Below are positions 34,901 through 46,691 of a DNA stretch of 64,000 bases, in pieces (position 1 is the stretch's first letter; each line of letters begins with the position of its first letter). The notes below the pieces were generated by a model. The model saw nothing but the letters and a program-made list of their open reading frames with translations. It made no database searches and was not told the DNA's origin. The DNA is from Macrostomum hystrix. Lineage: Eukaryota > Animalia > Platyhelminthes. A program made the translations under genes and the position numbers. The stretch covers positions 25,668,001 through 25,732,000 of the forward strand of contig CATNEN010000038.1 in NCBI GenBank assembly GCA_950097015.1. Direction: 5' to 3'.

Positions 34901-37900
34901 TCCAGACTTTGAACTGTCATTACTAAGAACTATTCGCGTCAAACTTCTGAATGTCTCGGCGACGTTAAGTCCGCTCTTGGCGCTAACCTGCCAGCACAGC
35001 TCGAGGCCGTGACGTCTGGCAAACTCCTCCGCTTGCGGTCTGGAGACAGCGACGTCCATGTCGCTCTTGTTGGCCACCAGAGCCACTTGCAGGCCGTCCG
35101 GAGCGTGGGACCGCAGATCGTTCAGCCAGCTCTCGCAACTTTCCAAGCTGTCTGGATTCGTGGCGTCAAAGATTAAAAGTGCACCGTGGCAGCCACGATA
35201 ATAAGCGCTGGTGATGCTGCGAAACCTGAAAATTTGCGTTGTTATATTAAAAAATTGCGTTGCAGGTGTGGTAAATCGACTTAAAAAGTCTCACCTCTCT
35301 TGCCCGGCAGTGTCCCAGATCACTGACTTCACTCTGGTACCGTCGATGGTCTCGCAAACTGAACTGAAATCAACTCCGATTGTTGGCACAAAGCTTTCGT
35401 GGAATTCTTTGCTAGCGAAGCGACGAAGCAGACAGGATTTGCCGACACCGGAGTCTCCGACTAGCACCACTGGATCGTATTAAGGGTTTATATTGGTATG
35501 AATATCATTAATGATGTTCGTAATATATTCGTTTGAGAGGGCTTATGGACAATCACACCTATTTTTTCCACTGTCGACCCGCAGCCATTAGCAGGAAATT
35601 CTGCTTGTGCCACTGGCTCCTGAACACACTCCTTATCTCGGTGTCAGAATCATAAGGACGACAATGTCATCAAAACGGACTAACTGTTTGCAAGTCTGAT
35701 GACAAAAATTTTGGTATGACAATTCTGAGAAAAAATAATAAATGAATTTGTGGAATCATTTTAGAATGAGAAGTCATGGTAAATATTTAAATACATCTTA
35801 CATTTAACCAGGCGCTCATAGCTTTGTTCTCCATGATTTGAGCTGTCTTGCTTCTTTTCTGAAGTCAACTGAGTTGGTGCTTGCTGCACATTAGAGGCTC
35901 TACTGAAAGCGGAAATAAAAAAACAATTCTATCCAACTACAATTTTAACATACTTCTCATTTCGATTTTTTAACAAACCCGCTCGGCCTGTTATCGCCGT
36001 TAAGAACTCGTCGCTCCAAGCTTCTGAAAGTCTCGTCGACATTGAGCCCGCTCTTGGCGCTGACCTGCCAGCACAGCTCGAGGCCGTGACTTGTGGCAAA
36101 CTGCTCAGCCTCCGACTTGGATACAACGGTCTTCTTGTCGCTTTTGTTAGCCACCAAAGTCACAGGCACTCCGTCTGGGGCGCTTGACCGCAGCTCGTTG
36201 AGCCAGCGTTCACAGTTGACGAAGCTGTCTCGATTAGACGCATCAAAGACTAGCAGGGCTCCAGCTATGCCTCGATAATAGGAGCTCGTGATTGTGCGAA
36301 ATCTGAGATGTTTTTGAGGAAATGGTTGAATGTAGCTCGTACATTGGCTGGGGGTAGGAACTGGAGGGGCTGTTAAGTGGTTGAATGTACTCTGATTTAG
36401 TAAGGAATTGGAGAGGTTGATATAGTGATTGAATGTACACTGGCTAGAGTAGGAATCGGAGAGGTTGATGAAGTGGTTTAATCTACACTGTCTAGGGTAG
36501 GAATTGGGCGGTTGATAAAGTGGCTGAATGTACCCTAGCTGGGGTAGGAATTGGAGGGGTTGATAAAGTGGCTGAATGTACACTAGCTGGGGTAGGAATT
36601 GGAGGGGTTGATAAAGTGGCTGAATGTACACTAGCTGAGGTAGGAATTGGAGGGGTTGATAAAGTGGCTGAATGTACACTAGCTGGGGTAGGAATTGGAG
36701 GGGTTGATAAAGTGGCTGAATGTACACTAGCTGGGGTTGGAATTGGAGGGGTTGATAAAGTGGCTGAATGTACACTAGCTGAGGTAGGAATTGGAGGGGT
36801 TGATAAAGTGGCTGAATGTACACTAGCTGAGGTAGGAATTGGAGGGGTTGATAAAGTGGCTGAATGTACACTAGCTGAGGTAGGAATTGGAGGGGTTGAT
36901 AAAGTGGCTGAATGTACACTAGCTGGGGTAGGAATTGGAGGGGTTGATAAAGTGGCTGAATGTACACTAGCTGGGGTAGGAATTGGAGGGGTTGATAAAG
37001 TGGCTGAATGTACACTAGCTGAGGTAGGAATTGGAGGGGTTGATAAAGTGGCTGAATGTACACTAGCTGGGGTAGGAATTGGAGGGGTTGATAAAGTGGC
37101 TGAATGTACACTAGCTGGGGTAGGAATTGGAGGGGTTGATAAAGTGGCTGAATGTACACTAGCTGAGGTAGGAATTGGGCGGTTGATAAAGTGGTTGAAT
37201 GTACACTAGCTGGGGTACGAATTGGAGGGGTTGATTAAGTGGCTGAATGTACACTAGCTGGGGTAGGAATTGGAGGGGTTGATAAAGTGGCTGAATGTAC
37301 ACTAGCTGGGGTAGGAATTGGAGGGGTTGATAAAGTGGCTGAATGTACACTAGCTGAGGTAGGAATTGGAGGGGTTGATAAAGTGGCTGAATGTACACTA
37401 GCTGGGGTAGGAGTTAAACGCGCACAACCCACCTCTCCTGGCCGGCAGTGTCCCAAATCTGGCACTTCACCTTTGTCTCTTTGATTTCATTTCTTGCAAT
37501 GCTAAAATCAACTCCAATAGTTGGCATGAAATTCTCGCTGAACGCATCGTTTACAAATCTGTTCAATAGGCTGGACTTGCCAACGTCAGAGTCTCCGAGA
37601 AGAAGCACTAAAAATGTTTTAGTTCGTATTCAAATGAAAAGCACGTAAAGCTCTTGTGCCGAATATTCGAAAATGATTTTAACAATTGTGTTGGAGTTAA
37701 TAAACCTTGAAGAAATTAAAAAAAGGAAATATATTAAGTCTAGAATTGAATTAAAAATAGACTGGACTCACATTTCATCAGCACCTCTGGTGCCTCATTG
37801 GCCTCAGACGAAATGCCATCAACAGGTGCCTCAGGCCTATGAATAGTATGGTTGTTTTAGAATTACGTCGAGCAAAGTGATACTTTGGGTAAGAGGAATG

Positions 37901-40900
37901 TAAAGACCATATAAAAATAAATTTTATATGACAGGGAGGAGGGAAGTAGAGAAAGGGATAAAGAGGGAAAAAGAAAGAGGGAGCTAGGAAATTTTACATA
38001 CTTTGGCGATTCAGTCGCTTTATCTCCATCTTTTTTAGTAGCCACATTTGCTTCAGCAGCAGCAGCAGCAGCAGCAGCTTGTCTAACTTTTTCTTTCCTT
38101 TCAACGCCCCACGCGCGAAAGTTTCTAAAGAAATCTTTGTCTGGTCGGTCGTGCAGCGAAGCCCAGTCTGAGCGTCCACGGGTGGACGCCATTGGATGCT
38201 TGCTTAGCCAATCCTGGCGCTGTGACGTCATTTCGTTGCAACCAATCGAATCGCCGGATTCACTCAGTAGCTCAATGAATAGAATATAGGCTTCGTCCAG
38301 CCAACGAATATAGGAGCCGTAGGACTCAGTGAGATCAATTACTTCTTTGGCTAGGACCATGGCTCGCTCAGGATTACCGGAATCACGATACAGCCTATGC
38401 GGTAGGTTTTGGTGTTAACTAGCGATTATAATAATAAGAATAATAATAATAATTGCTGGACTGCAGGCAATATCACATCAAACTGTACGTAGGCAGACAC
38501 TCATACACGTGTGTACATCTGCTCTCACTTTCTCATCGTCAGGGCAGATGGCAGGAAATGGTCGTATGAATCTTTGTTGAGAAATTGTCGTTTAAAATGA
38601 TCTTTTGACGTTTCTTGAGAAATTTTACAAGTATTGGTGCACGGACTACTCAAGTAGGTCCTATCTACTAGTGGTCCTTGTATTGGTGCCGATGGGGTTA
38701 CTTTTACTTAATTGCAGGGAGGCCTGGGGCACTTGACGCACAAGCGCAGGAACGGCATGCCGCCAGGCCGGCGAACTAGGCGGGAGTCGCCAAACGCGCC
38801 ATCTGGACCCCTGGACACAGGCACCTCACACACAGCAGCAAGCCAAGCGGGGAAGGGCCAGCCAGAGTGCCTCTCACCCCAGGCCCGCACACGCGCAGAG
38901 CTGACCAAACCAGGGGAGGACTTAGATGCCTGAAGGGTTGGGACGAGAGGACCAAGCCACGTGCGCAGACGGCTGGTGAAACCTCGCCGCTCAGAGCACG
39001 CATTGCTGGTGCACACCCGCCCCATCCCCCATACAACGCCTCACACCCGGCCCAACACACAAACACAAACAAGCAGGCATGTAGAAGGCAGGGGTTAAGC
39101 TATTTTAAATTAACTTTGGTTGTAAATAATAAGGTGCATTTCCGCAAGTCACTAGTTCGCAAAACTCCAACTAAGCCCCGAAATAATCGTGACTTGAAGG
39201 GAGGAACGAACCAGCGACCATTGGGAAGTGAGGCAGCGAAATTAGCGCTGACCCACTCAACCCCGCTGAGTGGGGTTAGGGTTTCTTTGATTGGGCGCTC
39301 ACTTGGCCAATTCCAGCTTCGCTTTGAGCATCACGTGACCTCTAGCGGGTTGGCTATCAGCCAAAGACGCCACGGCCTCCTCAGCCAGAATTTCCGCATC
39401 CTGCCGACTGTGAGCGGTCCTGACGATGGCCAAGAGTCGACCTAGGCTGATCTTGGCTTGCACAGCGGCTAGGCTCTGTTGACCGAGAGAGGAGCTCAAA
39501 ATTTCGATGGCTTTTTTACCACAATCGACGGCCGCTTGAGTCAGTTCGGCTGGCAACAGAGCCGGATTAGCTAATCTAGCGGCTAGGGTGAGATTAGTCA
39601 TGAGAGCTGCTACATTGGGATGATCGCCAGTTGGCGGATAAGCGCTAGCCGACATTCGCACTGCCGTCAGAGCGGCATCCACGTGAGCAGCGGGCTCGGT
39701 TGCATCCGCAGCGGCTTGGTGACGCTTCTCGTGATGCCGCAACCGGAGCAGATGAGCCAGGGCCAGGTGAGACTGGATCTCAGCTAGCAGCGGGTGCTGG
39801 TAGCCAAGGATTAGCTGGGCGAATAGGGACGCATTCTGAAATTAGTAGGCAGGATGGGATCTTTAAGAGGAGCGACGGACTGAGGGTAAATAGGATTTCA
39901 GGTGAAATGGGATTTTAGGTGAAATGGGATTTCAGGTGAAATGGGATTTCAGGTAAAATGGGATTTCAGGTAAAATGGGATTTCAGGTGAAATGGGATTT
40001 CAGGTGAAATGGGATTTCACGTGAAATAAGACTTCAGATGAAATGGGATTTCAGGTTAAATGAAATTAGGGTAAATGTGATAATCTCAACTCACCACTGC
40101 AACCTCCACGCCGAAATCGTCCTGATGAAAGGCGTTAGAAAATTTCACATAGTTCAGCAGAGATTTAATGTACTCTGGCGATTGGGCTTTGTAGAATTTT
40201 CTGAAAAATTGTAACAACAGCATTCATTGAATCGACAGCTGACTGTTGAGATGCAACTCGGAGCCACTTAAAACACTAGCAGTAAAGTGACTATTTACTT
40301 TGAGTCGCTAGTGATGGCATGCTTGTAATACTCGAACGTCAGTTATACTTAAATGCTTTACCGACTCAAACGCTTCTCTGACTACTCAAACGCTTATCTA
40401 ACGATGCAAACGCTTCACTAACGACTCAAACGCTTCTTTAATTACTCAAACGCTTCTCAAACGACTCAAAAGCTCCTCTTCTGACTTTATGTGACTAAGT
40501 GGCAATGAAAAACAATCAGATTTCTAGAGTCCAATTTAAATAAGTTATCCAACCGGCCTATTCGCAGTAGCTCGTACTTTATTACACTGAGCTATCCGCC
40601 CCGGATAGATCAGTCAGTAAGGTGTCGGACTCTGGATCAGATGGTTCTGGGTTCGACTCCCGACCTAGTCTAGAACTATTCGTGCAGCCTTTGGCAAGCT
40701 GCTTTGCCCTGATGTACACACAGTCTACTCAGCAGCAAATGATAACCGACATTTCTTCGGGTAATAATAATTCCGGATGGTGTGGAATAAAACAGTTCTG
40801 TGCGGCAATTCAGTGGGCTTTGGATGCTGCCGATATGTTTAGAAAAAATTCCATTGCTGACACGCGGCTGTCAACCATTGTCCGAGAGACCCGGGAGTAC

Positions 40901-43900
40901 AATAGGTGTGCAGTCCCCACCTGCTAGTGTGCTTGACACACAACACTTGCACTGGCCCTTGGGTCTGGTGTCTTTATTATTATATTATTAATATTATTTA
41001 TTACATGACCATCGAGACAGTTATTCGGTTTCCACGACGCACAATTCGAGAACTAAACAACAAAAATCTTCAAACACTCACTGAGCGTGCTGAACGCAGG
41101 CGACAGCCAGTTTTTCCGCTTTGGTCTCGTCCGAATTCAAAATGTAGATGTGCAAAGCGTGATAAAGAATCTTAAACACCGCCACTGTGTCGTTCAGGTC
41201 GACATTCTGTGACAAAAACATAAAATATGCATGCAGTTAGAGCTTGGATATGCTTTTCAGATGTGGCGTAGCTTCAATTTTGCTAAAAAAATCACATTTC
41301 AATGGGTTAAGAAACGTTTGAGTCTGATAGTGAAGCATTTAAGCACTTAAAACGTGTTTTAATTCGTTTGAGACGTTAATAAAGCTTTTGATTCACTTTG
41401 AGAAGCGTTTGAGTAGTTAGAGAAGCTCTTAAGAGTTAAAAGAAGCGTTTGAGTTGTTAGAGAAGCGTTTGAATCGTTAGACAAGCGTGTGAGTCGAGAA
41501 AGACTCTAAAACACCGCCTGTCACTCTAGACTGCTTGGATCTGTACAGGAGTGAGCGTAATGTGGCATTAGACATGCTTCATCTGAAACGCACCGAGATA
41601 GCGCTGGCAAACGCGCCCAGCGCAGACGTCAAACTACCCTGGTCCAGCAGTAGGCGTCCGATCTGAGCCTGCAGCAGCGCCTGATTGTCCATCACTTTGC
41701 GACCAAACGACAGGCAGTTGATTCTGGCGGCCGTGGCCTGAGCGGTCTGGCTTGCGGAGTCAGCCAGTTGGTGCTGGGCATTGTTCAACCTCGCCTCCAT
41801 CAGCCGGACGCTGGCCCGATAGATTGGTAGAAGGGCCTCCACGCATTCGCCCCCGTATCTGAATAGAGTGTTGGTTTGCCTGCGATAGTTTTTTCAACTG
41901 ACAAACACGGTTTTTTTACGTTTTACAGTAAGACTATACGCTTTAAGACTACGAGAAAGTCAGTGCAGATGCACACACATGTGTAAGCACGTGCCTGCGT
42001 ACCGAAACTGTATGAGTGTGTGCTCAGGAGTCAGTAAAGTTAGTTGAATTGCCTCCCCGCTGGCTGCGTGTCTTCTGTCACAATGTCCAGTGTCCAGCAT
42101 TAAAACTTGGCAAAGTACTGGCATATGCTTAGATGCAGCATCAAGCGACGGCTTTCATTAGTCCTCACCTGTGCAGGTATTCGGCAAGCGCGTTGGCAAC
42201 CGTCTCGCAGGCCGCAAACTGACCCGCCCCGGCTAGGAAGTCGAATATTCGGCCAGCCAAATTGGCCAGCTTGGCGGCCGCGTAGCGCGACCAGAAACCG
42301 TCCGTAAACAGTCGACGTCCGGCTGGTCCGGCCGCCAAATCGGCAAACGCTGCAGCCATGGCGTCGGCCAGAGTTGGCGCGTTAGCCAGTAGGTACTTGT
42401 AGGCCAGGTGGCGTCGACGCAAGTCGCACAACAGCCGATGCAGCGGCGAGATGAAGCACAACAGGAGGCGACGCTCCGGTTCGACGCGAGCGGTGCGCAG
42501 AGCGAACTCGTCTGCCATGCGAAGACGCTCTAGGCAACGACGTTCCCGCTTGGCAGCAGCGCCGCCACCGGCGGTCCAGGCAGCGTAGGTCCGCGCAAAG
42601 TGCTCGGGCAGATCCGGCGGCAGTCGGCTCAACCGAGAATCCGAGCCGCCCAGTTGAGCTTCCATCAGTTCTAAATCGGCTTTGGCAGCGGCGCGCAAGG
42701 CCTTCCAGCGGCGCCGGTGCCCAGCGGAGGCGGCGTCACTGTGGTCGAAATCTTTGCGACCCGGCTCGATGGGTGGCAGAGGCGGCTGCTGCTGCTGCTG
42801 CTGTGCTGTTGTTGAAGACGATTTTAGATTGGCCACATTGGTGCTATCTAGAAAATCGGCTAGTATTTGATGATTCCTGGCGGTGGCTGAATCCACTGCG
42901 GATGTGGCTGACAGAGAGTTCCTACAGAGTTGTAGAATGCAACAAAATGATTTTCGAAAGAAAATTGTGAACAATTTAGAGAAAGACTCTAAAACACCGC
43001 CTGTCACTCTAGACTGCTTGGATCTGTACAGGAGTGAGCGTAATGTGGCATTAGACTACATTACCTAATGTACATCAACAACTACCCAATAATAGGGAGG
43101 GTCAAAAGTGCCTGAGCTCGATTCCGAGGCGAGGCCACGTTTATTGGGGGCCCAGCTTGGGGACTGTCTTGCAATTTGCGCCTCTGAGGGCCAGCCTCCA
43201 AGGCACAGTGAGAGTGTACTCCACTGACGACTGACGACTCCACTCCACGACACTCCCTGACGACGTGAAATTCAGGGCCCATATACGCATCCCAGTTTGA
43301 GTGCGTACCTGCGTACAGTATCTGTGTGTGCGTGTGTGCTCAGGAGTCAGCGAAATTGGCAGAATTGCCTCCTCGGTGGCTGCAGGTCTAGTGTCACCAG
43401 ATGAAGTGCAGCCCACAGCCTTCCATTATTATTAATATATTATACTCAAGAATAATTTTGCAAAGATTTACCTGAACTTGTTGTACCACTGAGTGCTTGG
43501 ATCCTTAGCTGGCAACACATCCAGCAAAAGTCGAGTCTTCTCCGGCCTGCTGCCGCCGCCCAGCACAAAGCGGACATCCGTCTCAGTGAGAATACCCTCC
43601 CGTTTCAGATAGTCAATCACCGGGTCCACATTCAACTGTTGGACTAAGCAGACTCGGTTAACACGAAGTCGAAGGACATTCTGAGCATCTCGCTGGCTCA
43701 GTGGGCTGGGCTGTTGGGCCCTAGAATAGTTGAAAATACTTAATAGGCAATCAGCATGGCACTTTAACTAACTTGTTTAGCTAAGATGCATGTCTATTTA
43801 GATACTGATAATGAGTCAACTTTGAATGCACGAGCCATGAGTAAAATCCTTTGCTACATAAACAAAAGCTATATACATGAATATATTGCAATAGAAAAAA

Positions 43901-44491
43901 AGTAAGAAATTCAAAAAAAAATTTGCTATGAAAATATGAGATAAATTAAACTGAATATACTTTGGTCTCAACATGTATCCATGTGACATGACCACTCCAC
44001 TTATTGTACTTAAATATCTGTTGAATATTTCATGCACAATTAAACTTTTGTCTACTTCCAAAGTTACAAGAGATTATATAATTGGCTTAATTCAACTATT
44101 TTCATATTATAGATCCACAAGTACAAATTTTTAAGACTTTTAATACATTTAAAATTATCTTTTAATACTCTAAGTACCTCAATTAGGCCCCTATGGCATT
44201 TTTGTAGTTTATTACTTTGTTTAGCTAGGATTTAGAAGCACTTAAAGGCTCGAGCATAAAGTAACTACCATAAAAGCTTTTTAATCATAGGAGACAGCAA
44301 GATTAAGGCAATGCATAATATATCTTGACTCAAAACATTTAGAGAAGTTAGATTTATTTTTATAACACTTTTTATAGTCTTATAGATAGGTCATTTTTTA
44401 TTTTTAGCAAGTCATGAATATTCGAAAGTAAATACCTGGAAGAACTCGCTGCATATTGGTCACTGTGTATTTTAGATGAACTTTCACTCAT
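30952..44491 (-). CDS. CARD - TPR-like - 5x Rab-like GTPase multidomain protein, 20 exons, ~1912 aa
   Basis: Exons (minus): 44491-44436, 43720-43472, 42921-42169, 41858-41594, 41206-41082, 40200-40095, 39835-39303, 38394-38002, 37836-37772, 37607-37433, 36302-35979, 35902-35802, 35469-35295, 35225-34744, 34349-34169, 33543-33074, 32993-32819, 32364-32012, 31907-31730, 31531-30952; total 5739 nt; 18 GT-AG and 1 GC-AG introns, all phases compatible. First exon is the least certain. Confidence 0.82.
32012..32993 (-). CDS. Rab-like domain 4, degenerate (part of the multidomain gene)
   Basis: [53 protein letters not shown]. Confidence 0.82.
33074..34349 (-). CDS. Rab-like GTPase domain 3 (part of the multidomain gene)
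   Basis: [23 protein letters not shown]|[20 protein letters not shown]. Confidence 0.9.
34744..35469 (-). CDS. Rab-like GTPase domain 2 (part of the multidomain gene)
   Basis: [23 protein letters not shown]|[22 protein letters not shown]. Confidence 0.9.
35979..37607 (-). CDS. Rab-like GTPase domain 1 (part of the multidomain gene)
   Basis: [23 protein letters not shown]|[22 protein letters not shown]. Confidence 0.9.
36340..37412. repeat. 39-bp minisatellite inside the intron of Rab domain 1
   Basis: ggctgaatgtacactagctggggtaggaattggaggggttgataaagt-type units; source of spurious repeat ORFs. Confidence 0.95.
38002..41858 (-). CDS. TPR-like alpha-helical region (exons 4-8 of the multidomain gene)
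   Basis: [25 protein letters not shown]; [18 protein letters not shown]; [13 protein letters not shown]; [25 protein letters not shown], resembling kinesin-light-chain-type TPRs. Confidence 0.65.
38702..39260 (-). repeat. ~560-bp dispersed repeat, copy 2 (intronic)
   Basis: Inverted copy of 4545-5110. Confidence 0.85.
39893..40060. repeat. 18-bp intronic minisatellite
   Basis: ggatttcaggtgaaatgg units. Confidence 0.9.
40598..40930 (+). mobile_element. tRNA-derived SINE (CORE-like)
   Basis: gccccggatagatcagtcagtaagg...gggttcgactccc followed by gcctt.ggcaag...agtctactcagcagcaaatg. Confidence 0.6.
42850..43720 (-). CDS. CARD (death-fold) domain, exon 2 and start of exon 3 of the multidomain gene
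   Basis: [31 protein letters not shown]...[16 protein letters not shown]...WYNKFR|NSL...HQILADFL; not in the ORF track. Confidence 0.8.
43100..43423 (+). mobile_element. SINE family A copy (intronic)
   Basis: cctgagctcgattccg head, shared body, (ATT)n tail. Confidence 0.78.
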
Positions 44492-44855
44492 TATTAGATT
44501 GATATTCACTTTACTAGCATGATTTCAGTAAATGACCAGTAAATTTCAGTAAATTTTAATAGGTTTTGACTCAAATCATAAAAACATATCTCTATAAACA
44601 ATAAGTTTAAAAAGAAAGTAAATAAGCAGTGATGGAAACTAGTTAAAAAACATTTTTGTTAGATACTTTTTACCAAAAGTTGACAATAAAAAATTTAAGT
44701 TGTACAACGTAATACTTGTTGTTTTACTCGTTACTGCCATAGAGAAAGCAAGACTTCTAATTTTAAATTCGCAGCTGCGACTTCTTTTTAAACATCAACA
44801 TATGGTTCTATTTCGGTATTTACTAAATTTTCAACGAAACTGCTTTTCTGAAACC

Positions 44856-45461
44856 ATGGAGGAAGAAAAAACAGATTTTGTGATCCCCGTTAAAACGGAT
44901 ACAGACGAATTCGTCCTACATGGACGTCCATGTGAACTCTCATCATTTTCTTTCGTGCCTCCGGAGCGTCACGCACCTAAGGAACGAACATATTTTAACG
45001 TGGGAAAAAATGTAAGAGAATATTTTTGGCTACCATGTTGCTTTTTTTTCATTTATAGTAAATTCTGATTTCTACTGCACTTTCTAAAATCCAGGAGCGC
45101 TATTCATCCTTCGGCTACGACAGAATCTTTCATCAAGAGCGCGAATTCAATGCGAAACTGCACCGAGACGACAGGGAGCACGCGAAGTCAAGCGGTCTTC
45201 AAGTCAACCAGGAGGTCTGTGACTTTCTTCATATAAATGAAAAACAAAATAATTTGGGTTAATATTTCGATGAAATTTTCTGCACCTCATGACAATTTTT
45301 AGGAGACTTCAAAAGTAGTTCCCACTCTATGTTCATCTGTGTACGGCAAGCGGCTGTCCAATAAGATTGATCCACCAGATCGAGCCCATTGCCGCATAGG
45401 CATTGTGCAGTCTGAGTTCTACAGGCGAAATGGCACCGAGATCAATGGGCACAAGGTGTAA
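44856..45461 (+). CDS. CFAP90: Cilia- and flagella-associated protein 90 (C5orf49) homolog; exons 44856-45011, 45095-45214, 45303-45461; 144 aa
   Basis: SSFSFVPPERHAPKERTYFN; YDRIFH...KLHRDDREHAKSSGLQVNQEE; SSVYGKR; QSEFYRRNG; two phase-0 GT-AG introns. Confidence 0.85.
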
Positions 45462-45854
45462 ATAAACTCGCTCATAAAGCTGCCAGAATTAACTTGAACA
45501 TTTTAGTAGTATGTATGACATCACATTGCATATCTGATCAGCACGTTTGATTCAAAAATCTGAAAATTAAGATGCTTTTGTAAAGTTAAAGAATATTTTA
45601 CAAAAGAGAAATACTTCGATCGCACTTTGTTCCTTTCTGCATGTTAAAATCTTAATTTGAATGTTACCAAAATAACACAAAGCTCCAGAAGCAAGTTTTT
45701 ATTGCCTTGCTTGCACTAGAAGTTGTATTTGAATTAGAAATAAAACTGTTTTTTTCTCTGTCCGTCACTGCTGTAAATGACAGTTAAAGACGATGATAAT
45801 CTTCACGTTCTTAAAATTGCTTAAAATCACGTTCTTGGATTGGCGAAAAGACCT

Positions 45855-46000
45855 AGAGTGGATGACAGTAGAATGAGAGTGGGTGACAGTAGAATGAGAG
45901 TCGGTGAGAATAGGGTGGGAGTGGTTGAGAGTAGAATGAGAGTGGGTGAGAGTAGAATGAGAGTGCAGGTGAGAGTAGAGTGGGAGTGGGTGACAGTAGA
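45855..46000. repeat. 21-bp degenerate minisatellite
   Basis: agtagaatgagagtgggtgac units. Confidence 0.8.
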
Positions 46001-46148
46001 ATGTATACAGTACAGCATTTTGGCAATCCAAGCCAGACAGAGATGAAAAAGTATCAAATAGGCAGCTAATATGTCACAGCTTGATTGTAACGGGTATACC
46101 ATAATTGAACGCAAGTAAAATTCCCAATTTTTCCAAGAATCAGAATCA

Positions 46149-46691
46149 TCAGCGAAAGATTCTCATGCTGGTAGCCAACTGGCTGAACTCTTCGAAGCTA
46201 ATTTGACCGTCTCCGTCCGTATCGGCCGTGGCCATCATCTGGTCCAGCTCAGTCTCGGTCAAACCCTCGCGCAGCAGGTCATTCATCACGTGATTGAGCT
46301 CGGCCCTCGAAATGAAACCGTCTCTATTTCTGTCAAGCAGTTCGAAAATTCTGCGCTTCTCCTCGACGTCGGCATCGCCGACGCCGTCTGGCGTCGAAGC
46401 CGAGCCGACGCTGGACTTCTCGGCGAAGGCGGACATCATGTCAACAAATTCGGCGAATTCTAGACGACCGTTGGCGTTCTTGTCGAAGTCGCTGATGAGT
46501 TTGTCAGCTTCGGATCTGGTCAGACACTGTCCGGCCGACCGCATCAACCTGACTAGCTCCTTGGTCTCGATGGCGCCGTTGCCATCGGTGTCGTAGAGGT
46601 TGAAGACCTCGCGAAGGATTTCATAATCGCAGCCGCATTTTCGTTGCCTACTCGTACTAGTTGGTCGATCTTGCTTTGACTGGTCAGACAT
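46149..46691 (-). CDS. Calmodulin-like protein, 4 EF-hands, intronless CDS
   Basis: DTDGNGAIETKE, DKNANGRLEFAE, DRNRDGFISRAE, DTDGDGQISFEE. Confidence 0.92.
   Translation of the reverse strand: MSDQSKQDRPTSTSRQRKCGCDYEILREVFNLYDTDGNGAIETKELVRLMRSAGQCLTRSEADKLISDFDKNANGRLEFAEFVDMMSAFAEKSSVGSASTPDGVGDADVEEKRRIFELLDRNRDGFISRAELNHVMNDLLREGLTETELDQMMATADTDGDGQISFEEFSQLATSMRIFR

Noticed and set aside
35957-37484. 400-aa repeat-Rab fusion ORF and antisense repeat ORFs
   Set aside because: The 39-bp array lies inside a GT-AG intron (37432-36303); only 36302-35979 is exon
30952-37607. Five separate tandem Rab genes
   Set aside because: Units lack their own start exons and Cys tails; donors precede each stop and all linkers splice in phase into the next unit
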